In this document: positions 12,528 to 25,700 of the stretch, in pieces
Numbering within the stretch: the stretch's first letter is position 1
Layout of the letters: each line of letters opens with the position of its first letter
Assembly (NCBI GenBank): GCA_013265495.1
Contig: MU058636.1
Location: 7,952,295-8,016,294, forward strand
Source: Vicugna vicugna
Taxonomy: Eukaryota
Direction of reading: 5' to 3'
DNA length: 64,000 bases
Notes under the pieces: model-generated
Database searches by the model: none
What the model was told of the DNA's origin: nothing
What the model saw: only the letters and a program-made list of their open reading frames with translations
Program-made: the position numbers and the translations under genes

Positions 12528-12712
12528 GCTCAGTGGTTCTTATCAAGGGGCAGTTGGAAATGTATGGGGATGTGTTTTTGCTTGTCACAGTGACCTTGAA
12601 AACTGATGGGTTTTAGTGACTGGGCCAGGAATGCTAAGTGTCCAGAGTGGTTCCCCACAGTTAAGAATTATCTTGCACACAATGCCAATAATACTCCTCT
12701 TAAGAAACACTG
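12528..12712. mobile_element. MER20-family hAT DNA transposon fossil in the RFXAP 3' UTR
   Basis: Begins 'cagtggttct', contains 'gccaggaatgctaa', 'aagaattatcttgcacacaatgccaata', ends 'agaaacactg' (imperfect terminal inverted repeats). Confidence 0.6.
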
Positions 12713-13693
12713 AGAGCTACTTGTGATGATAAAATGTATTTGGGGCACCTGGAATCAGGTTCTCGTAATAACCTCTTCTTTGCAGTTAAGACTGGAGCTG
12801 TCAAAGAGGTAAGCGTATTTTATACCTATAAGGACAGTGATCTTGTTAAATCTCTGTGAAATTAGGATGTGCCTGTCTTTTCAGAGATGTGCTGGTAAAA
12901 CCTGAGATGGGTTAACTAAGTACTCTGGAATGAGTGCATCTCCTCAAGTTGGCTTCTCCACTTCATGTTCCCTATTAGTGTCGAGCTCTTTTGAAGCAGA
13001 CACTCTCGTGTGTTGAATTTGTGAACAGTATGAATGTATCTCATCCCACCAATGTCAGGATAGAAATAATTTTTTACACTCATTTTTTTTCAAAAAGAGA
13101 TACTGAAAATAAGAGTAACACTCCAGCATTTTGTCTGTTTTTCAACACTGAGCTATTTTAAGATCGTGTTGTTCCTAAGTAATGTTCAGAGAGTGATGGG
13201 TAATCTGGATAGATATTTTTATTTTTCCTTAGGAAGATTTTTAAAAGGCAAAAGTTACCAACAGGAGTATCAAATCAAATCTCAAGAAAGTATTTCTAGT
13301 GTTAAGACAGTAAATGCATGTGCCTCAAGTTAAACTATGCAAAAATTTGCTAGTCTCTTGGGTTTTAAGCTCTGAAATATGTATCAGGTTAAACTTCAGT
13401 CATAGCTCTTCTAAGAAGTACTTAAGAAGAGAAGGAATCTTTTGTTCATTTTTTAATATGTGTTTTATACTTGCATATCTGTGCAAAAATGCTTTTACAA
13501 GAACTATTCATTAAAGTCCAGTTGTTGACCTTTAAGTTGTCTTACTCTTACTCACTTATTCTAATCCTTAGTTGCTTCCCACCAGATGCAGAGGAATTCA
13601 CTTACATTTGTGATTAACTGTTAGTTTTTTTTCTTACTTATGGTGTTGGGAGCTTTATTGAATCCCTACAGTGTAAGTTAACTTTTGTAGTAA

Positions 13694-13699
13694 AATAAA
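13694..13699 (+). terminator. RFXAP: Candidate RFXAP polyadenylation signal AATAAA (a second candidate at 13907-13912)
   Basis: AATAAA about 1.5 kb after the stop codon, at the end of an AT-rich 3' UTR-like stretch and before the LTR block. Confidence 0.45.
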
Positions 13700-13807
13700 G
13701 AAAAACCAGTTTATCTTTCTTCCAGTGGAGTATGAGGATTAGGAAAGGAGGGAAAGTAACAGGCCAGTGAGAGCTGAATTGAAAGGAAAGGGATTGAATT
13801 AACTAAT

Positions 13808-13825
13808 TTATATATATATTATATG

Positions 13826-13881
<56 letters not shown>

Positions 13882-13908
13882 TACATATATATATAAAATA
13901 TATATAAA
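13808..13908. repeat. Compound (TA)n/(CA)n microsatellite
   Basis: Directly visible. Confidence 0.95.
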
Positions 13909-13952
13909 TAAAAACAGTGATGATTTTTACTTATTTGGGGTAGATTTCTTGC

Positions 13953-14481
13953 AGTGTGTCCCCAAATTTTTATCCCTCCATGTATTTATAACTCTTGCAG
14001 TATGATTTTGCTGTTCCATCCACTGAGAGAGTGAGTTTATTTATCCCTTAAATCTGGAAGACTGGCCTCGTGACTTATTTTGGCCAATAGAATATAGAGG
14101 AAATAATAATATGCCAGTTCTGAGTAGACTTCCAAAGGTTTTGAACACTTCCACTTGTTCTTTTAGAATCCTACCCAGCTGCCACGGTAACAAACCCAGA
14201 CCAGCCTATCCTGCAGGATAATAAGACACATGGCCCAGGCACCTCTGTTGTACCAGCAAGTAGCCAATAAACAGCCAGACATGTGAGTGAGGCTGTGCTA
14301 GAGTGGCTGTCCCCCCAGCTAACCTGCCCACCAACTTCAGGTACATTGGATCTGGCCCAAATTGGCAAAACCACCCTGCCGACCTGTAGACTTGTGAACA
14401 ATAATAAATGCTTATGATTGTAAGCCACAGAGTTGTGGGGTGGTTTGTTATGCAGCATTCTTAAGACAGGTAACTGATACA
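13953..14481 (+). mobile_element. MLT1-family (ERVL-MaLR) solo LTR
   Basis: 'ctggcctcgtgacttattttggccaatagaat', 'cagccagacatgtgagtgaggc', and the characteristic end 'aataaatgcttatgattgtaagccacagagttgtggggtggtttgttatgcagca...taactgataca'. Confidence 0.85.
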
Positions 14482-14487
14482 CCTAGC

Positions 14488-14566
14488 TGTGTAGTTATTG
14501 CTGTATAACAAATCACCCGAAAGTTTAGTGGCTTCAAACAACAATTTATTATTTTCTCACAGTTCC
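14488..14566 (-). mobile_element. MLT1 LTR 3' end fragment in the opposite orientation
   Basis: 'ttattgctgtataacaaatcacccgaagtttagtggcttcaaacaacaatttattattttctcacagttc'. Confidence 0.7.
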
Positions 14567-16233
14567 ATATATAATTACTGTGGTTTTAAATAGCTGTGCA
14601 AATGCTTTCAGGGTAGGCATGGTAGACTGCTCTGATGGCCACAACAAAAGCTCCCACACGTGGCCTTACGTGATGTGGCCTATTAAGAACCAGATTTTAT
14701 TTTTCTACCCCCTTGAATCCAGACAGGCCCTGTGACAGAATATGGCAGAGTGATGCTGTGCTAGTTTGTTTGAGGCTAGAGGAGATAGAGGATGTATAGA
14801 TGCAGCATATTTGCAGTAATAACATGAAGTCATTGATAGCTTCCATTTTCCAGCAAAGCCATCTTCTATTCTGGAGTCAAGAAGAGCAGAGAAGCTGATA
14901 AGAGGCTTTAGGAAAAGGGGAAAAATTAGAAAGATACATTGAAGTCAGTAAGAGACAGTGAGTAGCTAGTAGCCCGCTAAGTCTCCTGATAACCTTTTCC
15001 CCTTCTTTCTTCATAATAGAATTTTTGGTTGGGAGTGTAGTCACCCAGTGAGACAGCTGATTCTCCCATAATGTCACGTGAAAGAATCCAGACAGAAATG
15101 ATGTGTGGATGACTCCACTTGTTAATTCCTTTCCCCACGGCAGGCTGTATCACTTCATGTGTCCACCAGCAACAAGGGAGAATGTATTTTCCTCACATCT
15201 TTGCCAGCAGTAGGAGTGACTGCTCTTTTCTCACTTTTGCCTTTCTGACAGCTGTGCACCACTCGCTGTTAAACTTACTAGCATTTCCCTGAATACTGGA
15301 AAATTCGAGCACCCTTTCCTATGTTAAGCTATTTAGATTTGCTCTTCTGTGAATTGCTAAGACACATCCTTTGTCTGTTTCCATTAGGCTCCTTTTTTCT
15401 ACTCAATGTGCAGAAGTCTGGTGACTATTATAAAAATTAACCCTGTGTCATTTTTATCCACTTCTGAAATTGGCCTGTTTACGTCTTTATAGTATCTTTT
15501 GCTGTATAAGCTTTCAATTTCTGAGTATTTCAGCATATCTGACACTTCTTTTATGGCTTGTGGGTTTCCAGTCTTGGCTTAAAAGGCCTCAATTTGGGAT
15601 CTTTCAAATGGCTGTTGATTTATAATTTCCCATTTTTTTTCTAGAATTAGAAAATAGAATTAATACGGAGATTGTCAAATAGTCCGATTTCTTTTGAGTA
15701 ACTAATTGACATAGGAATTTTAGTATTCTTACCATTAACACTCCCTCAGTTTCTGACTTTCTCTAGCTATTATCCACCTATCCACCATACCCTCCACCTA
15801 CATCTGAGCCAGAGTAGCTTGTCTTTCACATGTTTATATTTTGGAATTCCACAAATTGTTTCTTTTGAATAAAGGGCTCCATTTCTTTTTTAAAAATTTA
15901 AAAGGAAAACTTTGATCAAGTTGGTAAAAGGCTAAGTATTCTCAAAATATTTGCATATTTTTCCCCGTCCATTTATAGACTGGCAGAAAATTTAAATGGA
16001 GGGAAGACAGAATTTACATTTTTAGGTATGTTCATATTCCTCTTGGATTTCATCTTAGTTCTTCCGCAGTAGCCTTCTTTAACACCTTTCTAATGGGTAA
16101 TATCTAGTAACGTACAGATGTTTACCATAATCAGATTGTTCATTCTCTCCTATATACTGAATATCATTTAATATTTGCTAATATCCAGGGGAAAATAGCT
16201 TATGTACATATCCTTCCTAAAATTACTGCAAGG

Positions 16234-16421
16234 ATTGCTTCTCGGCCTTTTGGCTAAGATCAACTGTAGTATCTGTTCTTATCAGTTTAATATCTGATAC
16301 ATTCTCTATCCGAGGACAATGTATTAAATGGATTTTTGGAGCAAGGAATTGGAATAGGAGCTTGCTCCGTCCACTGCACGCACTGACCTGGTATCGCAGT
16401 ACCTTCAGGAACGGTGCATCC
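16234..16421 (+). pseudogene. RNU2: Full-length U2 snRNA retrocopy (RNU2 pseudogene) flanked by 16-bp target-site duplications
   Basis: attgcttctcggccttttggctaagatcaactgtagtatctgttcttatcagtttaatatctgatac...atggatttttggagc...ggaataggagcttgctccgtccac...aggaacggtgcatcc matches U2; TSD taaaattactgcaagg at 16218-16233 and 16480-16495; the TSD abuts +1, so no native promoter came with it. Confidence 0.97.
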
Positions 16422-16700
16422 CTCCAGGGGAATAATGCTATTATACAGAGTAGGAAATGTGCTTAATAAATATATTAAATAAAATTACTGCAAGGTAATG
16501 TCAAGATTCTGTATTTAACATCAGTTATCCCAAGATGTTTAATTCGAAACTGTTACCTAATTTCTCTATAGGGTGTTGGTCTTCAAAAACATCCCATTTT
16601 CAAAATAGGATTAAGAGCATCTTAAGGATCCAAATGCAATGAATCCTTCTGAGGTCTGCAGGGAAAAAAATGAGCCAAAAGACGTATAGGTATAGCATTC

Positions 16701-16706
16701 TTTATT
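16701..16706 (-). terminator. SMAD9: Candidate SMAD9 polyadenylation signal (AATAAA on the minus strand), implying a 3' UTR of about 3.35 kb
   Basis: tttatt on + at the end of a long, nearly repeat-free AT-rich stretch that follows the SMAD9 stop codon. Confidence 0.55.
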
Positions 16707-19700
16707 ATAAACAATCAGGTAACAGTGTAAGTGTGCATTTGAAGGATAACTGAAGCCTAGCTATAGTAAACAAAAACATTACTTATATAGAAAGTTTCTT
16801 TTTTGTTTGTTTTACATTAATTTGAACTTAACATATGCCGGGATCGCCTAATCTTGTCATATAGCTCAGCTGTTAAATCCATAACAGGAAAAGACAAAAT
16901 CTGGAATGTGTGTTATATTTTGCTTTCTTTGTTGACTATATATACCAAATATTTGGGACATAGAGTTAAGCCGGTGCTTAAAGTCTAGCAAGTGGTATTT
17001 ATAAAATGCTTTTGTTGCTGTGATGGGGGTATTCAGTTCCTTAGAAAACAAAGAAAAGGAGATTCTAAATGCTAGTTTGTTGTCCAACTTTTCTGACTTA
17101 TACTGTTAAAAAACAAACAAAAAAACCAAACAAACATAAAGGAAATGTATTGAAAAGTGACATCTTTACAGTTCCAAAGCACTGGCAGGTATTAAAATAT
17201 CTAACTAAAACAAACTTTTCACATCTCAGTTTTTTAACAGGAAAAATAACACCAAAAAACAGGCTTGAACAACACAATGTTCTGGGTCTTGTGAGCAGGC
17301 CAGGTTATTATTCTCTGTTGCATGACCCTTGTCCGTGGCAACCTGAAACATGTTTGGCGTTGCTGATGCAATTAACAGCTTAGCGCATCCACGTTGCCAG
17401 TTATCCTATAGAAGAAATGCTATGGCATTTTTTTAGATTGTTTTCCTCAGGGAGTGAATGCTAAATGAGCACATACAGAAGCCTGAACTCAAATACTGCA
17501 TTACAATTTTTGACAATCCTTGCCAGTAAAAAAATTCCAACGTCTGGTTAAAACGTGAAAACGTTACAATGACTGAAGGGTTAACTTCTCATCAATTCTA
17601 AATTCTCTGAATTTCATGTCCCCTAATAAAGGCTTCTGCTGAGACTAGGCTAGTGATGGCGCACATGTACCACTTTAACCATTTATTTTTCAAGAAACAA
17701 TTCAGGTTCACTGGGATATTCTGTCCTGGTTTCTCAAAGCTGCATGAAAAATCCAAAGTATTTTTTTTAATGTAGTTTATAAGCAACCATTACCGATTAA
17801 TTCTGTAAAGGTATAAGATTACCAAAGGATGAGTTTGACCACTTATGGAGAGATTGAAAAAGCCCTGTTTGATCTCTGGAGCAAAAATCAATGTACCTAA
17901 TGCGCTTTCATGCAACAGTACTCATATGAGGGAGACTTCACCATATTAACGCCTTTTCCAAGAAGAGGGGAGATGGGGAATTACTGGAAAACAAAGAAGC
18001 AAAAGGAGACAAAAAGCAAAACATAAAACCCAGCCTTGAGACACAGAAGAAAAGCAGCATTTTTCCAAGGAAGTCTTTATCCATTACCTGACTGCTCAGA
18101 AGAGAAGGGAAATCTGTTTCGAAATAGAGCTAATTAAGAAATCAATTCCATTTTTTTCAAGCAAAAGAAAGATCACCTGTTTTGTTTTGTTTTAAAAGTT
18201 CAAAAACATGAAGATGGTTCTACTGATTTACTACTAGACTCTCAGCTCCAGAGGGCTGCGACGGTCTCGTTTGCGTTTGATTCCACAGTACCGAACACTG
18301 TGCCCGGTACATACAAGTGCACAACACATAGCTGATAAACCAGTACACTACGGGGGGTTTCTAAAGGCTAAATGGACCACGTAGCTTTAGTGTAAAATGT
18401 AATATTTTCTATTGTATATAGAAAGCTTCTATTAGATAACACTAGTCATTACAGGATGTGACAGTACTAGCTCACTCACACATCTTTTTCACACGATCAT
18501 TCCTACCTTGAATACAATTTAACAAGAAACAACTACTATGTGCATTAATGCTAGAAAGAGATGAGACAGAATTGTATAAATGAAGAAACCTCTTGGATCA
18601 CTGAAGTACCGTCTGTTACAAGCATAATTACCTTCTTAAATTATACATTTTTAAGAGGATGTGAAATATTTTTCCAAGCAATGAAGTTTTTGGTGGGTGG
18701 AAAGTACCTAGAAATTTGGGGAATTCTCTCTTTATCATCCAAGGGTAAATAAGAACAGGTTTTGGATTTTGTGTGCGTATTCACTCAAAGTCCTGTTATT
18801 CAGTACCACTGTTCCCCAGAAATGATAAGGATTATGAAATTATTATTTCATTTGGGAAGTTATTTCCAGGTTTGAGGCTGTAGCTTTACAAAAGGCTACC
18901 AGATGTGGTCAGCAGGTGATTTAATCAATAGAGATGTTACATTGAATAATTCATAAATTTGATGCTAGCAGTGTGTCTAGATTTTCTCCGAGGCTTCATT
19001 ACATGATTTTGGTAATCTGTAACTAGTATTTGCCAACATGTGAGGAAAGTGTGGCAAAAAGAGTGCCCTCGCCTAGAGACTTAACGTGGGACTGTGGGGC
19101 GGTATCAGTAAACCTCTGGTGCTTCTGTCCAGTGCTCGTACTTCACCTGCTCCTCCTGCACACGAGACTCACACACACGGCTGCAGACTCCAAAGGCTGC
19201 AGAGCGGCCTGACATGAACCACCAGGGACACAGGAACCTGATCTCCCACGTGGAAAGCAGGCACCTCCGTGGGTGATTCGTGGACTAAGTTCTGCTCTTA
19301 TTTTGCAATTTGGGAATATAGCTCATTTCATGTTATTTTCGTATTTATCTTCCCATATTAGACATTTTTTTTTGCACTGGTAGGTGACAAGGCAGCACGA
19401 CTCTCAGCTTCACAGTTTCTCTTTTCCAATCACAGTTTAAATCTGTTCAGAATGTACCATTCATATCAGCACGAGAGTCCAGTTATAGGTATTTCAACTT
19501 CAGAAATGAAAGTTCACGTGACTTACATAATTGATTTTACAAGCCTGATTTTTTTTTTTTTTGCCAGTAGCACTAAAAGTGAGGTTATTTAAATTACATG
19601 GGTCTCAGGGCTTTGTTTTGTTTTCAAGTGTTATTTGCTCTAGTGCTGCTAAGTTCCTGATTTCTGCAACATGAACAGTTTTACTGTGTTTTTTTCTGGA

Positions 19701-20046
19701 CTAGCCACACAACATGCCTTATATGACGCGGCTGCTGAAAGCTGCCTTTATTCTGCCAACACCCTTCAAACACTATCCACGCAGTTGCCTCTCATTTGTT
19801 TTCTCCCAGAAAAGAAGCTGCTTTACTAGAACACAGGCGGGACAAACCTGCTTTTCAAATCGCATCGGACTGGCACCAAGTTAACCAGAAAGCACGAAAC
19901 ACATGGTGATACAAAATAGGAGTAGTATATATTATATGTATTTACACCTGTAAGCAGAAACTTCAGTTAGTTGCAAATCTGAAATGATATAAGCCACTGC
20001 CTGCAACAGCATCTATTCTATAGAAATGTGGATTAAGACAGGACCG

Positions 20047-20283
<237 letters not shown>

Positions 20284-20289
20284 TCACCC

Positions 20290-20645
20290 TTCCTTCCGAG
20301 TCTACTGCTCCTCCCCCAAACATCTTTATAAATGACTCTGCTGTCTCCTTCAAGTCTTCGCTGATGTGTCTCCTTTTTGATGAGGTCTACCCGGACCACC
20401 TTTCTGAAAAGATGCAACCCACCCCTTCCCCAGCACTCCAGTCCCCTTCCCCTGTTCTACCCTTCTCTTTCCACTCAGCTCCTGTGTTACAGCTGTTGTT
20501 TATCGTCTGTCTCTCCCTACCAGAGTGCTGATTCCACGGGGGCAGAGACCTCTGAGTAATCACTGCTGTATCCCAACGCCTAGAATGGCGCCTGGTTCGG
20601 CACAAGGTAGGTGCTCAGTAAATACTTGTCGACTGACTGAATTCA
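20290..20645. mobile_element. L2 LINE 3' fragment
   Basis: 'ttcaagtcttcgctgatgtgtctcctttttgatgagg...', 'cactgctgtatcccaacgcctagaatggcgcctggttcggcacaaggtaggtgctcagtaaatacttgtcgactgactgaa' (typical L2 terminus). Confidence 0.7.
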
Positions 20646-20874
20646 TCCTAGAATCAGTAAAATCAGAGTTGAAGGAGACTTTGAAGATGATCTAGTCTAG
20701 TCCATCACCTCCCAGTGGTAGCCACCGGTGTTTAGTCATCTATAATTTCTTTTATTCTTTATTTAAATTCTAATTATGCATTTTATTCAACCCAGTAAAA
20801 CCAAAATATGATCCTATCATTATGAAATTATCAATAAGATATTTTACATTCTTTTTAAGTCTTCCTTTTTCCAC

Positions 20875-21038
20875 TTTTATTCAGATGTAATCGATATACA
20901 ACACTAGTAGCTTTAGGTGCACAACATAATGGTCTGATATATGCATATGTTTTGAAATGATTACCATAATAAGTTTCATCAACATTAAGCACCTCACATG
21001 ATTGCAATTTTTTTTCTTCTGATGGGAACTCTTAGATT
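20875..21038 (-). mobile_element. L1MA9-like 3' end fragment
   Basis: 'ttttattcagatgtaatcgatatacaacactagtagctttaggtgcacaacataatg...gaaatgattaccataataagttt'. Confidence 0.6.
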
Positions 21039-22406
21039 TCTTTAAACTTATTATTTGTAGTTATATTTGCTAAGGATTTATTTTTTTAAAGTCCCTGCAA
21101 TATGAGTAACAGTTTCTTTCCTGTGAACTGTGTAGCTTATGAATTTAAACGTTGCAATCTGAGAAATACATCTAGTTGATCTTAGAAAAATCAGATTTTT
21201 ATGCAAGCTTATCTTAGTGAAATAATTACCTTTGAGATATTGGCATTTCATCCTAATTTAGAAAATTCAAATGACTGTTCATTACTAGCAATTTAATGCC
21301 CTCTGCTGGCTATAAAGCATCAAAACATTTGAAAAGATTTTCAGATATTTGTTAACTGCCTTACAGTGTGAAAGTGCTTTTAAAGTTTAACAGTAAATCT
21401 GAAAAAAAAGTGCTTTGTCACCATGAAAGAAATGGGTTCAAGGAGACTTTTTAAATTGGAAACTATTTTTGATTCTTATTTTTTAATAATTACTAAAATT
21501 ATAAATATAATAGATATAAGAAAAACAGCCCACTTATTTTTCATAGTAATTTTAAAAGCTTAATAAATAAATTTCACTTTAAAAAAATTTGGAACAAGCC
21601 ATACTGATTCCTTAGATGGATATGTGACAATTCGAAAACTGATAGTTTGATAAACAAGTTCAGATTTTGAAATATTAGCATTATTTGCAAGTGCTTTGCA
21701 AGAGATGAAACAGTAGACAATGAAACTGAGGTCTTTAGTGTCAATGTGCAAATCCAGTTTGGTTTTCCTTCCCACTAAGTACCTTCCTCTGTTCTCCAAC
21801 CTTCACATCAACTTTAACAAGATCTAATTTGAGAAATTCAACAGATATAAACAGAACATCTACTACTACTGTCTCAGAATTAATCATACCTTCCATAATG
21901 TTTCTATCCCAGCTTGTTTAAACCTTTATAAAACAGCACTTAAATCACACTATCTTATCTTAGAGTCAGTTCTGTCTGCTTTGTAGCTTATTTGTAAATA
22001 TTATCTCCTCCGTTCGCCTATATGCTTTGTAAGAGTAAGGAGAGTGTCTTATTTGATTCAGAAATTGGCCAACATTTGGTGAGTGACAATAGTGCTTAGC
22101 AATTTAAGGGATGGAAAAACCTCTGTAGCATTAAGTCCTATACAGTTATTATTGTTACTTTATCTTCTGCATTAAAAAAAAGTCAGATAACTATCTCAAC
22201 TTGGTTTTCCTCCAAAAGTAATACGCTTAAGAATTTTCTTAAAATTGCTAAGCAAGAGATTTCAAACTCATAGAGGAGCTCTTCTGAAAAACAATTAATT
22301 AGAGCCACACCCCCCCACCCCCCAAATGCTGTCTACTTGCACGGGCTGTCTGACTGCCACGTCAACTGAAGGGCGCTTTCGGTTTCGTTTTATTTTTCAT
22401 TTTCTA

Positions 22407-22760
<354 letters not shown>

Positions 22761-25700
22761 TCACCCAGCTCTGTAACCTCAAGAGATATGACTGTCACCC
22801 GTGAGGTTAATTTTAATATCACTGATCATAGACTAGTAAAATGCGTGCACCAAAGGCTGACTTGTTTTCATTATAATCTGTTATTTTTTCCCATGAGCCC
22901 ATTTTAAAGCGAACTGCAACCCCGGTTTACAATCACCGCTGAGAACAATGCGGGCTCCCCTGGGCTACTCTGGTCACTCTCCATCTCATGCTTGTTCATT
23001 CTAAAAGGAAGATCTCATATTAGATGCAAAATAAATGCATAACGTAGAAAACATCAGAGAGTCCTTCAGGTACATATGCAGATTTAGAAAACAAGAACTG
23101 GACGCAGATGATACCATAGAAATGCTACTTAGGTGCATACACTAAGTCCACTTCAGAGGGAGCAAGAAGTTTAAATTGTATTTTACCAACAACTGTAAAT
23201 CCATTTTTCTCAATACATACCTCAAAGAGAACTATTCCCTTTTAAAGCTTATGGCATTCCATTGCAGACCATAGAAACAATGCTTTTTTTTTTTTTTTAC
23301 CTACACGGACAGTGACATTCATGCCACCATTTCAGATAGCATATAAAGACTCACAATCCAAATGCAGTCCATGCTCCTTTGTCTCATGTTCTTGGAGCTA
23401 AACGGCAAAGAGCATCCTGAGGACGCTGCCGCTCCCTGTAAACTTTAGTTGATGCTTTCCCTCCAAACGTCTGGGTTTAAGATTCAACATAAATTGACAG
23501 CAAGGGCCTGGGGTTAGAGACAAGGAAGATGTTCTGGTCTAGTGAGGACTAAACACCAGAACGATCACTGTCCAACCTTTTACCAGAAACAGACTTCTCC
23601 AGCACTAAGCTAGCATCAACGTGATTGTAAATATACTCACCGTGCAGTGACAAGGGGTTTGCAGAAATGGTCCTGAATAGACTGAGAGTGACAGATTATA
23701 GCTCTTTTAAAAATGAAAATACAAAATTTTAAAACAGTAGAGCATGCAGACCTCCAGGGGTTCCCGGAGCCCAAGCTGCAGGGCTCTGCTTTCAGGAAAC
23801 GGTGCTGACAGAGCCGCTCAGCCTGTCAGGATCTGAGCATCAGTGGAGGCAATTCTGCGTCACAGGTGACTACTGCCCGCCAGCTTCATGGCTGCCTTTT
23901 CCCATCTCCTTTCCCTTAATACAAGCTTGGGAAAGAATGGTTTTCAGTATCACGTATCCTAACCACAGACGCCAAAACTGTCTGAAGAAACAGACCCAGG
24001 GTCACAAAGAGGAAGCACAGGTTTTGATTTTCAGGCCAAGTTTCCTCTCTCACCGCCTAGACAGCCTGGGGTTTGACACTGTGGCCCTGGAGTGAGAAGT
24101 CAGCAGAAGGATGGTCCTAATTGGCTGGGACCTAGTTCTTAGGCTGGACCCACAGGTAGAGGGGGAGGTGGGGCAAATCCAAGCTGACTTCCTTTAAGGA
24201 CGCCCAGGGAAAGCCTGCCTCTGGGGTGGCTGTGGTTTTTTCAAAGAGAGCAGGTGGAGAAAGTCAGAGCATGGGGCTGCTAAGTGTGCAGGATGTCTTT
24301 GAACTGAATCACCTTCAAATGTATAATCCTTCCAGAACCTATTAAGGAGAACAGATAAGATTTTTGTTATCTGACTCTGGTCATTATTCAGGGGATGATT
24401 TTCAATCCTGTTAAAATTTTACCTGCAACCACAGACAAGTTGGCAGAGCACAGAAAGCAGAGAAGAGGCTGGCCAATGGGCAGCAGTTTAGGATCCTGAG
24501 CAAGAAGAGGGAGCAGAGCCCACGGGATGCGCCTGGAGAAACTGGAGCCTGCCCTGAGCACCAGGACAAGGTGTGAATGGGGGCTGGGTTTTGGCTAGAG
24601 ACAGCAGCACCTAGAGTCCAGTAGGCAAGTGATTTTACTTGCATCCATTTGACAGGCCAGAAGAGTGGCTTTAAACCACATGTGTGAGATGCTCCCCGCT
24701 CGCCACAGAGGACAGAGAGCAGTAATGGTAAACGACGGTGCCATAGGAGACAAGTCAGGCAATGTGGTCCTCAGGCAAGTTCCACCTACACCTCGGACCA
24801 CATCTCTTCCTGGGCTGCATCTTTCTTAATCTGACCTTTCCCTCTGTGTGTGCCTGCACCCACCTTTTAGGAGAATAGGGAGTCTGGAGCCCTGGGCTGT
24901 GCTTAATAGGACTCTTTGGGTTTGATTTGGGTCTCCTGAGCCAGACTGAAGGTTCCTTCTGGTGGTCATCTGCAGCCTCGAATGAGAGCAATGACGGAGG
25001 GGAGGCTGGGAGGAGAGCGGGTTGGTTAGGCTGGTGAGCGGGTCCCGATGCTGTGGAATCTACTAAAAGTCAGAGGGGGAAGTCAGCATCCCAAAGTGGA
25101 AGGAGCATGCATGGATCCCTTCCTGAGTGGGAGGGAGGGAAAAATAACCCCATGGAAAGTACAGCTCATTACCCCACTGGCCTGATCAGAGACCCCTGAT
25201 GCCTCTCCACTCTGCATAGAAAAAATCCTGAACTTACGAGCACAAACTCAACACCTTCCCTGGAGTTTGTAACCGATCTTCCCCTGCACAACTATTTTAA
25301 AATCTGGCTGATTGTAAAGATCATCTGGAACTTTAAGAAAGCACATATTTCTGAGGATAATGATGATACTTTTAGAAATTCCTTATGTAGTTAGACACAT
25401 ACTTAAATATACAGGAGAAAGAATATGAGGTCTGAGATTTGCTTTAAAATATTCTCATAAAAATATCATGGAGGGACAGAGGAAAAGAATAGTCAGAATG
25501 GGACTCGGTGAGGCTGGAGTCGGTAATATGAAGATTTACTATGTGACTCTATTTTTGCATATCTTTGAAATTTTCCAAAATAAAAACGATTTTAATGCAC
25601 AATCAAAATAATAATATAAACGTAAGATTTCCAGATTACACCAGGGCTTTGTTCCAGAGGATGGAGGTGGTCCCGTCCCAGGACTGTCCCTGCAGCTGTG

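Noticed and set aside
16234..16421. Functional U2 snRNA gene
   Set aside because: A TSD directly abuts +1, so the upstream promoter elements are absent, and there are several substitutions; it is a retrocopy
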